Made by a program: the position numbers and the translations under genes | Notes under the pieces: generated by a model | Seen by the model: the letters and a program-made list of their open reading frames with translations, nothing else | Told to the model about the DNA's origin: nothing | Databases searched by the model: none | Shown: positions 8,839-15,713 of the stretch, piece after piece | Position numbering within the stretch: position 1 is the first letter of the stretch | How the letters are laid out: the number at the start of each line of letters is the position of its first letter | Source: a virus | Lineage: Duplodnaviria; Heunggongvirae; Uroviricota; Caudoviricetes | Virus record (IMG/VR): IMGVR_UViG_3300043464_002177 | DNA length: 64,000 nt | Reading direction: 5' to 3' (one strand)

Positions 8839-9084
8839 ATGGCAACGAAAATTCAAGACCCACAAACCTTTTGGAACAAGAAAGCTGCTGAAGTATTACG
8901 CGGCAAAACAATTGTAGAAGCTAGATACCTGAATGATAAGGAGATGGAGATGATGGGATGGTACAAACGCCCATTATGCTTTTTCCTGAACGACGGCACT
9001 TCATGCATTCTATCTATGGATGATGAAGGAAACGACGGCGGCGCATTATTCTATGGAAGTGACGGTGTATTACCTACCCTTTAA
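8839..9084 (+). CDS. hypothetical protein
   Basis: ORF in array. Confidence 0.5.
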   Translation: MATKIQDPQTFWNKKAAEVLRGKTIVEARYLNDKEMEMMGWYKRPLCFFLNDGTSCILSMDDEGNDGGALFYGSDGVLPTL

Positions 9085-9104
9085 TTTATATAAACTATAA
9101 TATC

Positions 9105-9302
9105 ATGATAACTCATCAAACAAAATTCGGAGAAGTTCAATTAAGAGTCGCAATGATTGACACTAATGGAACAGATTTATGTGAAGGCGTCGAAGTGAAA
9201 GTCGATGGCGAATTAATCGGAGAAGTTTTCGATGTTGATACAGATTACATTGAAGAAATGAGTGTTGAAGAAGTTGAAGAAATTGTAGAGAGTATTATCT
9301 AA
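9105..9302 (+). CDS. hypothetical acidic protein
   Basis: ORF in array. Confidence 0.45.
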   Translation: MITHQTKFGEVQLRVAMIDTNGTDLCEGVEVKVDGELIGEVFDVDTDYIEEMSVEEVEEIVESII

Positions 9303-9308
9303 CCTTTT

Positions 9309-9319
9309 AAATAAAACTA
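9309..9319 (+). promoter_or_regulatory. AAATAAAACTA motif copy
   Basis: ttttaaataaaactaactATG at 9323. Confidence 0.45.
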
Positions 9320-9322
9320 ACT

Positions 9323-9694
9323 ATGGCAAAGAAATTTAAAGTAAGGTTCAACCTGGGGAAAGGAAAGAACTACATGAAGTGGAAAGTAGAATCGGATGGA
9401 GAGTCCAACTACTACAGCCCTGAAGAATATAACCTGTATATGTACGGCTGCCAGTTGAAGAACCAGCGGGCTACTGCAAACAAGATTCACCAGGGAGCTA
9501 ACAAAGCTGTATGCGCCTGGATCTTGTGCGACACAATTCTGCTGGCACAAAACATCGAGCTTCCTGAAGCAAACACCAGGTTAACATATAACCCGCGTGT
9601 CAGGCCCAACTGGATGGCGGGAGATGTGCTCGCAGATAACGCTAACTTCGAAAGCATTTGGAGCGACGGTAGAAAATTATTCACAAATATTTAA
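9323..9694 (+). CDS. hypothetical protein
   Basis: ORF in array. Confidence 0.5.
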   Translation: MAKKFKVRFNLGKGKNYMKWKVESDGESNYYSPEEYNLYMYGCQLKNQRATANKIHQGANKAVCAWILCDTILLAQNIELPEANTRLTYNPRVRPNWMAGDVLADNANFESIWSDGRKLFTNI

Positions 9695-9706
9695 ATCTAT
9701 TTTAAA

Positions 9707-9997
9707 ATGGATGCATTAACTTTAAGTAATGAATATCTCGACAAGTATAAGTTCGAGATGTACACCAAAGCCGGCGATAACGCCTGCAGGTCAATTGTGC
9801 GCGCTGCGTGGAAAAAGCTGGACGGTACCAAAAGAGTTTCAGGGCAGGAGATGTTTGATTACGTAAAAGAAAGAATGGACGTAGTCAAAGCGAAACATCC
9901 TGAAGTATACGACACTGAGCCTAACTACCACATCTACCTGCTGGTGGCTAAGAAAGCAAAAGAGTATGAGTACGACTTCACACAATATTTTCAATAA
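9707..9997 (+). CDS. hypothetical protein
   Basis: ORF in array. Confidence 0.5.
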   Translation: MDALTLSNEYLDKYKFEMYTKAGDNACRSIVRAAWKKLDGTKRVSGQEMFDYVKERMDVVKAKHPEVYDTEPNYHIYLLVAKKAKEYEYDFTQYFQ

Positions 9998-10003
9998 GTT
10001 TCA

Positions 10004-10018
10004 AATAAAACTATTTTA
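10004..10018 (+). promoter_or_regulatory. AAATAAAACTATTTT motif copy
   Basis: gtttcaaataaaactattttaaaaATG at 10022. Confidence 0.5.
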
Positions 10019-10021
10019 AAA

Positions 10022-10273
10022 ATGGAAGCAGCATTAATAGGTGAAGAAACCATCCTGGTGTTTGTAATAATCACCCCGCCAGGAGAAGAACTGTTTGTTA
10101 CCTGGAACAAACATAACCACACTGAGAACAGACCGGACGCATTATCTTACATCCCGGAATATGTTGTTGAAGACAACTTAGAGAATGAACTTGAGCAGGG
10201 CTGTCAAGATTGGCTGGATGCTGTAGCTGCAGTAAAAGAATGGCAGGAGAAGCATAATGTGCAATTATATTAA
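10022..10273 (+). CDS. hypothetical protein
   Basis: ORF in array. Confidence 0.5.
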   Translation: MEAALIGEETILVFVIITPPGEELFVTWNKHNHTENRPDALSYIPEYVVEDNLENELEQGCQDWLDAVAAVKEWQEKHNVQLY

Positions 10274-10295
10274 AAACCAATTAAATTTAAATAAA

Positions 10296-10562
10296 ATGGA
10301 CAAAGTAGCAAAGTACAAGGCGGCTGCGCAAAGATGGGCAGCAAGATGGAAAGTTGAGGAGCAGCACGCAATAGATGTTGCAGCATCAATCTTGATGACT
10401 CGTGATAAAGTTCAAATGGGCGGAAGCTTCGCACAGGCGATTGTAGATAACAATCTACGTGAAGCGATCAACAGGGCGGATGATACCTGTATAAAGTATT
10501 TGAAGTTCTTCAGCATCATTAATTGGAACTGTGGTAGCTATGAAATCGAAAACGGACAGTAG
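10296..10562 (+). CDS. hypothetical protein (start at internal ATG after truncated motif)
   Basis: Track ORF 10257..10562; tttaaataaaATGgac at 10296 gives MDKVAKYK start without overlap. Confidence 0.45.
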   Translation: MDKVAKYKAAAQRWAARWKVEEQHAIDVAASILMTRDKVQMGGSFAQAIVDNNLREAINRADDTCIKYLKFFSIINWNCGSYEIENGQ

Positions 10563-10737
10563 GATGACCAGGGAGCAAATAGAAAGGAAGCTTGAGGATT
10601 TGAAATCACTTAAGCTTCCACAGCTAAACAAGAAAAGCAGAGCTCACCAGGACTGGAAGCGCGAGATGGAGAATCTCACCAGGCTTCTAGACACTGAGAT
10701 GGGTAAATTAAACAACCTTTTAAAAAGAACTATATGA
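10531..10737 (+). CDS. hypothetical protein (alternative non-overlapping start at 10564)
   Basis: ORF in array; ATG 10564 (MTREQIERK) lies just after upstream stop. Confidence 0.45.
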   Translation: MVAMKSKTDSRMTREQIERKLEDLKSLKLPQLNKKSRAHQDWKREMENLTRLLDTEMGKLNNLLKRTI

Positions 10738-11054
10738 AAGGAATATTCATAGACGCAAAGAATCGACAGGTAACTTATGTTAATACCAAAGCACAGCTGG
10801 AGGATCTTTACTTAATCCTTGGCGTCAATATGGTAGAGATCGGGAAGTACTGGGAGAACGGTGACACACTGTGGGTTGATGAGGAAGGATTAATTAACGG
10901 TACTGACTTCGGGTTCCAGGTTCAGGGATTAGAGTTCCTGGGCAATGGATTAATCCTGGGGACTAACAGGGAGAACCCTGAGGCTCACGACTCGGCCCTA
11001 ACAAAGATCGAGGACCTGAAGCTAAAGTTCTTTGAACTAGTCCCAGCAGTTTAA
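10734..11054 (+). CDS. hypothetical protein
   Basis: ORF in array; ATGA overlap. Confidence 0.5.
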   Translation: MKGIFIDAKNRQVTYVNTKAQLEDLYLILGVNMVEIGKYWENGDTLWVDEEGLINGTDFGFQVQGLEFLGNGLILGTNRENPEAHDSALTKIEDLKLKFFELVPAV

Positions 11055-11067
11055 AATAAAACTATTT
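11053..11067 (+). promoter_or_regulatory. AAAATAAAACTATTT motif copy
   Basis: tttaaaataaaactatttgaattATG at 11073. Confidence 0.5.
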
Positions 11068-11072
11068 GAATT

Positions 11073-11324
11073 ATGGAAAACAGTTACAGAGTTTTATGGG
11101 AGATAGATGTGGATGCGGCGGACGCTAAGGATGCTGCGCAACAGGCTTATGCTGCAATAGTGAGTGGTGCTGCACCGGTATTTGAAGTTCATCAATGGCG
11201 AGAACCGGAGATGATCCATATAGATCCGGTGGCCCTGGTGGATGTGAAGGACCTGTCGGCGGATCTACCTGTACCAGACAAAAGGATCATTACTGAAACC
11301 TATATGGGACCAGATATCATTTAA
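11073..11324 (+). CDS. hypothetical protein
   Basis: ORF in array. Confidence 0.5.
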   Translation: MENSYRVLWEIDVDAADAKDAAQQAYAAIVSGAAPVFEVHQWREPEMIHIDPVALVDVKDLSADLPVPDKRIITETYMGPDII

Positions 11325-11337
11325 AATAAAACTATTT
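11323..11337 (+). promoter_or_regulatory. AAAATAAAACTATTT motif copy
   Basis: tttaaaataaaactatttcaattATG at 11343; 23-mer nearly identical to copy at 11051. Confidence 0.5.
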
Positions 11338-11342
11338 CAATT

Positions 11343-11531
11343 ATGCACAAGACACTTGTTAAGATTTGGATCGATCAAAAGAAATCATCGATCAACTGGA
11401 AGATGAATATGGGATTGATCAATGTCAACTCAGCAACCGACCAGATCCAGCTCCTGGATGAATTGATCGACGACTTCAACCTGGAGGAGGTAACTGAAGA
11501 CCAGGATTACTTCATAGAAAAAAATTTTTGA
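11343..11531 (+). CDS. hypothetical protein
   Basis: ORF in array. Confidence 0.5.
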   Translation: MHKTLVKIWIDQKKSSINWKMNMGLINVNSATDQIQLLDELIDDFNLEEVTEDQDYFIEKNF

Positions 11532-11580
11532 TTCTAAGAAATAATTCTTAATTTTCCAGCTCAAACCAAAATTCATTCGT

Positions 11581-12213
11581 ATGACACAGACAATCAACCT
11601 AGGCCCAGAAGTTTATGTAACGGACCCTTGCTACAGTGTACCGACCTGGTGCCAAATCAAGCTTACCAATGTATTACCTGGTGAATGGATCGTATCAATG
11701 ATCTATGACGAAAAAGGCGGAAGCAACAGGAACGCTGAGCTCTACCTGGTCCACAAGGATTATCAGGGAAAGAATCTTCTGTATGACTGGGACTGGCTTG
11801 GGGACTTCGGCGTCGACAGCGGCCAGGCGGGAGTGTTTGATGCTGCGTCATACAGGAACGATGCATATGCTGCAGGTATTACAACACCTAAGTTAGATTT
11901 TGTGTATGAGTATTTTCAGGAAGGCGACATCTGGTATGAGAAGATGTGCAAGTTCACACTGGCGAACGACGGCTGGGGAGCATACGCAGCAGGTGCAGTA
12001 TCCAGCAGCGGCTATGGCGACGGAGAGTATCCAGTATACGGTGCTGAAGTTGACGGTAAGGTTGTAGCGCTTCAACTAGTGTTCATTGATCAATCCGCGG
12101 ATGACGATGAAGACCTGGAGGAGGACTGCTGCAATGAATGCGGGGCGGAACTAGAGTGGGACGGATCTTGTGACTACTGTGAGCACTTCAAGAATTCAAA
12201 GCTTGAAGATTAA
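11581..12213 (+). CDS. hypothetical protein with C-terminal Cys-rich zinc-ribbon-like motif
   Basis: ORF; start inside CGTATGACACAG; C-terminal CCNECGAELEWDGSCDYCEHF. Confidence 0.5.
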   Translation: MTQTINLGPEVYVTDPCYSVPTWCQIKLTNVLPGEWIVSMIYDEKGGSNRNAELYLVHKDYQGKNLLYDWDWLGDFGVDSGQAGVFDAASYRNDAYAAGITTPKLDFVYEYFQEGDIWYEKMCKFTLANDGWGAYAAGAVSSSGYGDGEYPVYGAEVDGKVVALQLVFIDQSADDDEDLEEDCCNECGAELEWDGSCDYCEHFKNSKLED

Positions 12214-12226
12214 ATAAAACTATTTC
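12213..12226 (+). promoter_or_regulatory. AAATAAAACTATTT motif copy
   Basis: gattaaataaaactatttcaaat; overlaps stop of previous ORF, 22 nt before ATG 12248. Confidence 0.45.
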
Positions 12227-12247
12227 AAATTCTTAAAACAAATCGAT

Positions 12248-12490
12248 ATGACTAAGAAGACTAAAGAACCGGTTCTAATCAAATGGGTTAAAATCGGAAT
12301 CAAGGAAAAGAAGAAGTGGGACACGAATCCGAAGTCCCCTCTAAATACAGCAGCGTGTCTCCAGTACCTGTACGACCGCTACGCTTACCAGATGTTTGAA
12401 GACGGGCTAACCCTCAACGACATTTTTTATGAAGCCAGGTTCTACTTCAAAAAGATCGGAATCACCGGCCGAGGTAAGAATCGCAAATAA
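12248..12490 (+). CDS. hypothetical basic protein
   Basis: ORF in array. Confidence 0.5.
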   Translation: MTKKTKEPVLIKWVKIGIKEKKKWDTNPKSPLNTAACLQYLYDRYAYQMFEDGLTLNDIFYEARFYFKKIGITGRGKNRK

Positions 12491-12499
12491 AACTATTTT
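12485..12499 (+). promoter_or_regulatory. AAATAAAACTATTTT motif copy
   Basis: Overlaps stop TAA 12488-12490; followed by weak hairpin TCCT-ccc-AGGA + T8 (12507-12525) then ATG 12569. Confidence 0.4.
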
Positions 12500-12568
12500 A
12501 AAATATTCCTCCCAGGATTTTTTTGTTCCAGTTTTTTTTCTTATATTATTTCATAAACAATAAATGTT

Positions 12569-12754
12569 ATGAAAAAGAACAGAACAACCAATTCCACCCC
12601 GCTAACTGTATACCAGGCAGTGGGACCAAACATCTACTTTGATGGTAACAGCTATCGAGTTCGTGTAATTGTTAAAGGTCAACGTTACTCTAAGAATCTA
12701 ACTTCGAAGAGAGCAGCTGTCCAATATCGCAATTCACTTCTTAAGACTGCTTAA
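12569..12754 (+). CDS. hypothetical protein
   Basis: Last ORF of the + array. Confidence 0.5.
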   Translation: MKKNRTTNSTPLTVYQAVGPNIYFDGNSYRVRVIVKGQRYSKNLTSKRAAVQYRNSLLKTA

Positions 12755-12781
12755 GAGATCAACAGTAGTAGGTTTGTTAAA

Positions 12782-12817
12782 TAAGGGAGAACATCAATAC
12801 GTCTCCCTTATTTTTTT
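12782..12817 (+). terminator. Rho-independent terminator ending the + strand array
   Basis: TAAGGGAGA / TCTCCCTTA 9-bp stem, 11-nt loop, followed by T7. Confidence 0.65.
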
Positions 12818-12836
12818 AACATTTAAATTCTGACGC

Positions 12837-12950
12837 ATGTATTACCTTCCAATCTGGCTCGAGTTCCTGATCTATGGAACAATTGTATTTTTCGCCATAG
12901 TAATGGTGAAGTACTGCTTCGATCTGATAAAGATCGTTAGGGAGAAGTAA
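12837..12950 (+). CDS. hypothetical 37-aa hydrophobic micro-protein (not in track)
   Basis: ATG 12837; MYYLPIWLEFLIYGTIVFFAIVMVKYCFDLIKIVREK; single predicted TM helix. Confidence 0.3.
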   Translation: MYYLPIWLEFLIYGTIVFFAIVMVKYCFDLIKIVREK

Positions 12951-12998
12951 CCAGATCTCCCATGTATTACCTGGACACCTGGGCGGGACAAGGAAAAT

Positions 12999-13014
12999 GA
13001 AATAAAACTATTTT
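12999..13014 (+). promoter_or_regulatory. GAAATAAAACTATTTT motif copy with no ORF downstream
   Basis: Followed by GC-rich palindromic sequence (AGCCGGCT) and a CGTATGAC copy; candidate sRNA promoter. Confidence 0.4.
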
Positions 13015-13052
13015 ATTTTTTAACCAGCCGGCTAGCCTGGCTCCCGGACACG

Positions 13053-13060
13053 CGTATGAC
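13053..13060 (+). repeat. CGTATGAC octamer copy (non-coding)
   Basis: acgCGTATGACacc. Confidence 0.5.
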
Positions 13061-13115
13061 ACCCCACCGATGAGCCTCATATATATGGGGCCTTTTCTTT
13101 TCCTGGATGTCAAGA

Positions 13116-13142
13116 GGCGCCGAGTCCTTTATACGAGGCGCC
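13116..13142. repeat. Hairpin family A copy 1: GGCGCC-[GAGTCCTTTATACGA]-GGCGCC
   Basis: 6-bp GC stem, 15-nt loop; loop near-identical to copy 2 while stem sequence differs but stays complementary. Confidence 0.55.
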
Positions 13143-13163
13143 GATCTATCCCACAAAAAATTG

Positions 13164-13171
13164 CGTATGAC
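13164..13171 (+). repeat. CGTATGAC octamer copy (non-coding)
   Basis: ttgCGTATGACatagg. Confidence 0.5.
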
Positions 13172-13206
13172 ATAGGGGACCCTCAGGGATCGCCACCTAA
13201 GATTTT

Positions 13207-13221
13207 AAATAAAACTATTTT
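13207..13221 (+). promoter_or_regulatory. AAATAAAACTATTTT motif copy with no ORF downstream
   Basis: Followed within 10 nt by CGTATGAC, then hairpin B1 (13255-13281); only an 11-codon ORF follows. Confidence 0.4.
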
Positions 13222-13229
13222 AAATTTCA

Positions 13230-13237
13230 CGTATGAC
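13230..13237 (+). repeat. CGTATGAC octamer copy (non-coding)
   Basis: ttcaCGTATGACgccc. Confidence 0.5.
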
Positions 13238-13247
13238 GCCCGGCCCA

Positions 13248-13290
13248 GTAGATCGGCCGCTCCCATAAAGGGGTCGCGGCCTCTTAGACA
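13248..13290. repeat. Hairpin family B copy 1: TAGATCG-GCCGC-TCCCATAAAGGGGTC-GCGGCC-TCTTAGACA
   Basis: Stem GGCCGC/GCGGCC 13255-13260/13276-13281; loop has inner CCC/GGG mini-stem; flanks and loop conserved with copy 2. Confidence 0.55.
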
Positions 13291-13344
13291 TCCCCGAATA
13301 TTTTGTTTAAGTATTACGCGCAAAAGTTAAACACTCAGTAACAC

Positions 13345-13352
13345 GTCATACG
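13345..13352 (-). repeat. CGTATGAC octamer copy, inverted orientation
   Basis: acacGTCATACGcgcg. Confidence 0.45.
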
Positions 13353-13372
13353 CGCGCGCCGCCGGAGGCAAA

Positions 13373-13401
13373 GCCCGCCGAGCCCTTCATGCGAGGCGGG
13401 C
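13373..13401. repeat. Hairpin family A copy 2: GCCCGCC-[GAGCCCTTCATGCGA]-GGCGGGC
   Basis: 7-bp GC stem, 15-nt loop matching copy 1 at 12/15 positions; stem covaries. Confidence 0.55.
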
Positions 13402-13482
13402 GTATTACATGAATATCAAGAAGAATTTTAGAATTTCAAAAAAATGTGGTCGTGATTCACACAAGGGACACTTCCTGGGTGG

Positions 13483-13511
13483 TTCCCACTTATTAACATT
13501 TTTTCCCACTT
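13483..13511. repeat. Direct repeat TTCCCACTT x2, 20-nt period
   Basis: ggTTCCCACTTattaacatttTTTCCCACTTtttg. Confidence 0.4.
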
Positions 13512-13880
13512 TTTGTGATTGTAATACAGGGAGCCCAAAAAAGTAGGGCTACAGGGGGTAATATCGCCAATAAATTTAGTACGATAGACGATGTACCTAA
13601 AATGGCAGTAAAATATATGTTTATTTATATAAATGTAGTCAATTTGTCATGGTCATAAAACCATAATACCTACTTCTTTTTTTTAGCTTTTGCTACCTTA
13701 ATTTTGTTAACAGTATGCTTCTGACCAAGATTATCAAGGAAGAGTTCACCTATAAAATAGAATAAAACTACACCTAAAGGAAAAAGGAATGTGCTCATAA
13801 TTTCAAGTTTTAATATGCAAAATTAATTATTAATATCCATACTACCAAATCTATTGTGCAAAATGTAGAGCATTTGTTGT

Positions 13881-13920
13881 GCCAAATTCGGAAGTAAAAA
13901 CGCGCCAAAGTCGGAAGTAA
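13881..13920. repeat. Direct repeat GCCAAAnTCGGAAGTAA x2, 21-nt period
   Basis: GCCAAATTCGGAAGTAAaaacgcGCCAAAGTCGGAAGTAAttag. Confidence 0.45.
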
Positions 13921-13921
13921 T

Positions 13922-13960
13922 TAGATCGCCCCTCCCCATAAAGGGGTGAGGGGCTCATAG
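13922..13960. repeat. Hairpin family B copy 2: TAGATCG-CCCC-TCCCCATAAAGGGGTGA-GGGGC-TCATAGAAC
   Basis: Stem GCCCC/GGGGC 13928-13932/13950-13954; same conserved flanks and loop as B1 with compensatory stem change; abuts 3' end of - strand ORF 13955..14137. Confidence 0.55.
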
Positions 13961-14137
13961 AACACCGAGGTTATCTATATGTTTTTCGATTAGATCTTCT
14001 GTTAGATCATCTTCATACATGAGTTCTAGAACCTTACCATTAAACATAGGGGAAGTTACCTTATGGTATATTACTTCACCTTCAGGATCTAGAATGGTCT
14101 CCAGATATACTTTAAACTTACCAATGATTTTTTCCAT
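13955..14137 (-). CDS. hypothetical protein
   Basis: First ORF of the - strand block. Confidence 0.45.
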   Translation of the reverse strand: MEKIIGKFKVYLETILDPEGEVIYHKVTSPMFNGKVLELMYEDDLTEDLIEKHIDNLGVL

Positions 14138-14157
14138 ATTATGATTTTAATAATTGT

Positions 14158-14487
14158 CTATAATAGCTTCATCATCCTTAGGGTTCTCTCATATCTTTCA
14201 TTAGCTGTTTCCTTCTTTTTCACCTTAGGCCAATCCTTTTTAAACCATGGTCTATTATAGGAATCTGAATAATAGTGATATAGAAATCCGTTAGATCTAA
14301 GCATTTGTTTTATGGCATCTGCTTTAGCATATGGTTTTTCTAGCTCATCAAAAGATCTTTTAATATCTATCTTTACTATGAGCTGGTTATCATATTTCTC
14401 ATATACTTCTACCTTTGTAAGTAAATACATACCATCCATCTCTGTATAGGGTTTCAGGTATTCTAGTATTTCTTTGTTGCTTTTCAT
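14158..14487 (-). CDS. hypothetical protein
   Basis: ORF in - strand block. Confidence 0.5.
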   Translation of the reverse strand: MKSNKEILEYLKPYTEMDGMYLLTKVEVYEKYDNQLIVKIDIKRSFDELEKPYAKADAIKQMLRSNGFLYHYYSDSYNRPWFKKDWPKVKKKETANERYERTLRMMKLL

Positions 14488-14527
14488 ATGGTATTAGTGT
14501 GTGTTGTAATATAAATCCTTAATAGAT

Positions 14528-15022
14528 TTATTGTTTAGTTTTTAAAAAATTATAAACATTATCCTTAATTGCTTGCGGTAAATCAGATTCAAGTAAAATC
14601 CAACTTAGGTAACGATCGTCATTTATTTCATCTATGTATTTTCCAGCATACTTACCGAAACTAAAATAATATACATCTGATCTATCTGTTTTAATATTAT
14701 CTATACATTTATTTACCGAAAGGGGTCGCCAGTGTGGATGATAACGATTTGAAAATTTGTTTTTATCAATCATAAGATTATACCCAGCATTTGTTTTCTT
14801 GACAGCAACAGCAAAGATTTCATCCTTTTTATGTTTATCTTCGTGATATGTTGCTAATTCAGTTAATATCTCTATATGATCATCATTAGTTATTTTTTGT
14901 GGATGCCAAGGTTTTTGTACATCATTAGGTTCGGGGGTTACATAATTGGTTTCCAATATTGATTTAATGAGGGTTTTAATATCATCTTTGCTGATGTACT
15001 TTTTATTACCAAGTGTGTACAT
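14528..15022 (-). CDS. hypothetical protein
   Basis: ORF in - strand block. Confidence 0.5.
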   Translation of the reverse strand: MYTLGNKKYISKDDIKTLIKSILETNYVTPEPNDVQKPWHPQKITNDDHIEILTELATYHEDKHKKDEIFAVAVKKTNAGYNLMIDKNKFSNRYHPHWRPLSVNKCIDNIKTDRSDVYYFSFGKYAGKYIDEINDDRYLSWILLESDLPQAIKDNVYNFLKTKQ

Positions 15023-15075
15023 AATGTTTTTGTTTATGAATACTAATATATGAGATTAATTCCGGATTTGCAAAT

Positions 15076-15471
15076 TTAAGAATGACCTATAAGGTATTCA
15101 TCCTTATCTTCTTCTTTATTTCCATATGCTAGTACAGAGGGAAGACCACTATATTCACAATATAGTTCTTCTCTTTGTCTTTTCATTTCTTCCTTAACTT
15201 CTTCTGGGAAATAGATACCATCGCTTTCCATATCAGCCATTGTTCTATGCATAGCTTTGTATACTAGGTCCTTTTGTTTAAAGGTCATTTTCTTGGAAGC
15301 TACTTCGTTGTCAAATAGTCTACCTACGAAGTTTACCATATCGGCTCTTGGTCCGGTTTCCTTTACGTATTTGTATGGGGTCTTTGCCATATGCATCATT
15401 TCTCTATAGGTGGCAATTCCGAATACTGCGAATAGGGTAACAACGATAGCTGTTAGTAATATGATATCCAT
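15076..15471 (-). CDS. hypothetical membrane-anchored protein
   Basis: N-terminal hydrophobic helix MDIILLTAIVVTLFAVFGIATY. Confidence 0.5.
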   Translation of the reverse strand: MDIILLTAIVVTLFAVFGIATYREMMHMAKTPYKYVKETGPRADMVNFVGRLFDNEVASKKMTFKQKDLVYKAMHRTMADMESDGIYFPEEVKEEMKRQREELYCEYSGLPSVLAYGNKEEDKDEYLIGHS

Positions 15472-15650
15472 TATTTCTTAGATTTAAGGTTGATGTATAT
15501 TAAGAATCCTAGTATGGTTGGAGGCCACAGTCCAATGAAGATTGCTTTGTTTGCATCTCCGTCTACAATGTAGTGGTATTCACTTACGAAGATCACTACT
15601 ACTGTAACGATTAGGATCAGGATTTCTGATGTCTTGAAGTTCTTGAGCAT
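15471..15650 (-). CDS. hypothetical 59-aa membrane micro-protein (not in track)
   Basis: ATG 15650 (reverse); MLKNFKTSEILILIVTVVVIFVSEYHYIVDGDANKAIFIGLWPPTILGFLIYINLKSKK; TAATG overlap with downstream ORF. Confidence 0.35.
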   Translation of the reverse strand: MLKNFKTSEILILIVTVVVIFVSEYHYIVDGDANKAIFIGLWPPTILGFLIYINLKSKK

Positions 15651-15713
15651 ATATTTTAAGTTTTAGAATTCAAAATTAAACAATAATATCCATACTGGCA
15701 AATAAAATATTAA

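Noticed and set aside
13070-13330. 86-aa track ORF MSLIYMGPFLFLDVKRRRVLYTRRRSIPQK... in the GC-rich island
   Set aside because: It is Arg/Pro-rich only because it reads through GC-rich hairpins and CGTATGAC repeats; it lacks the motif-to-ATG spacing of the real genes and its codon usage differs from the surrounding AT-rich genes; treated as non-coding
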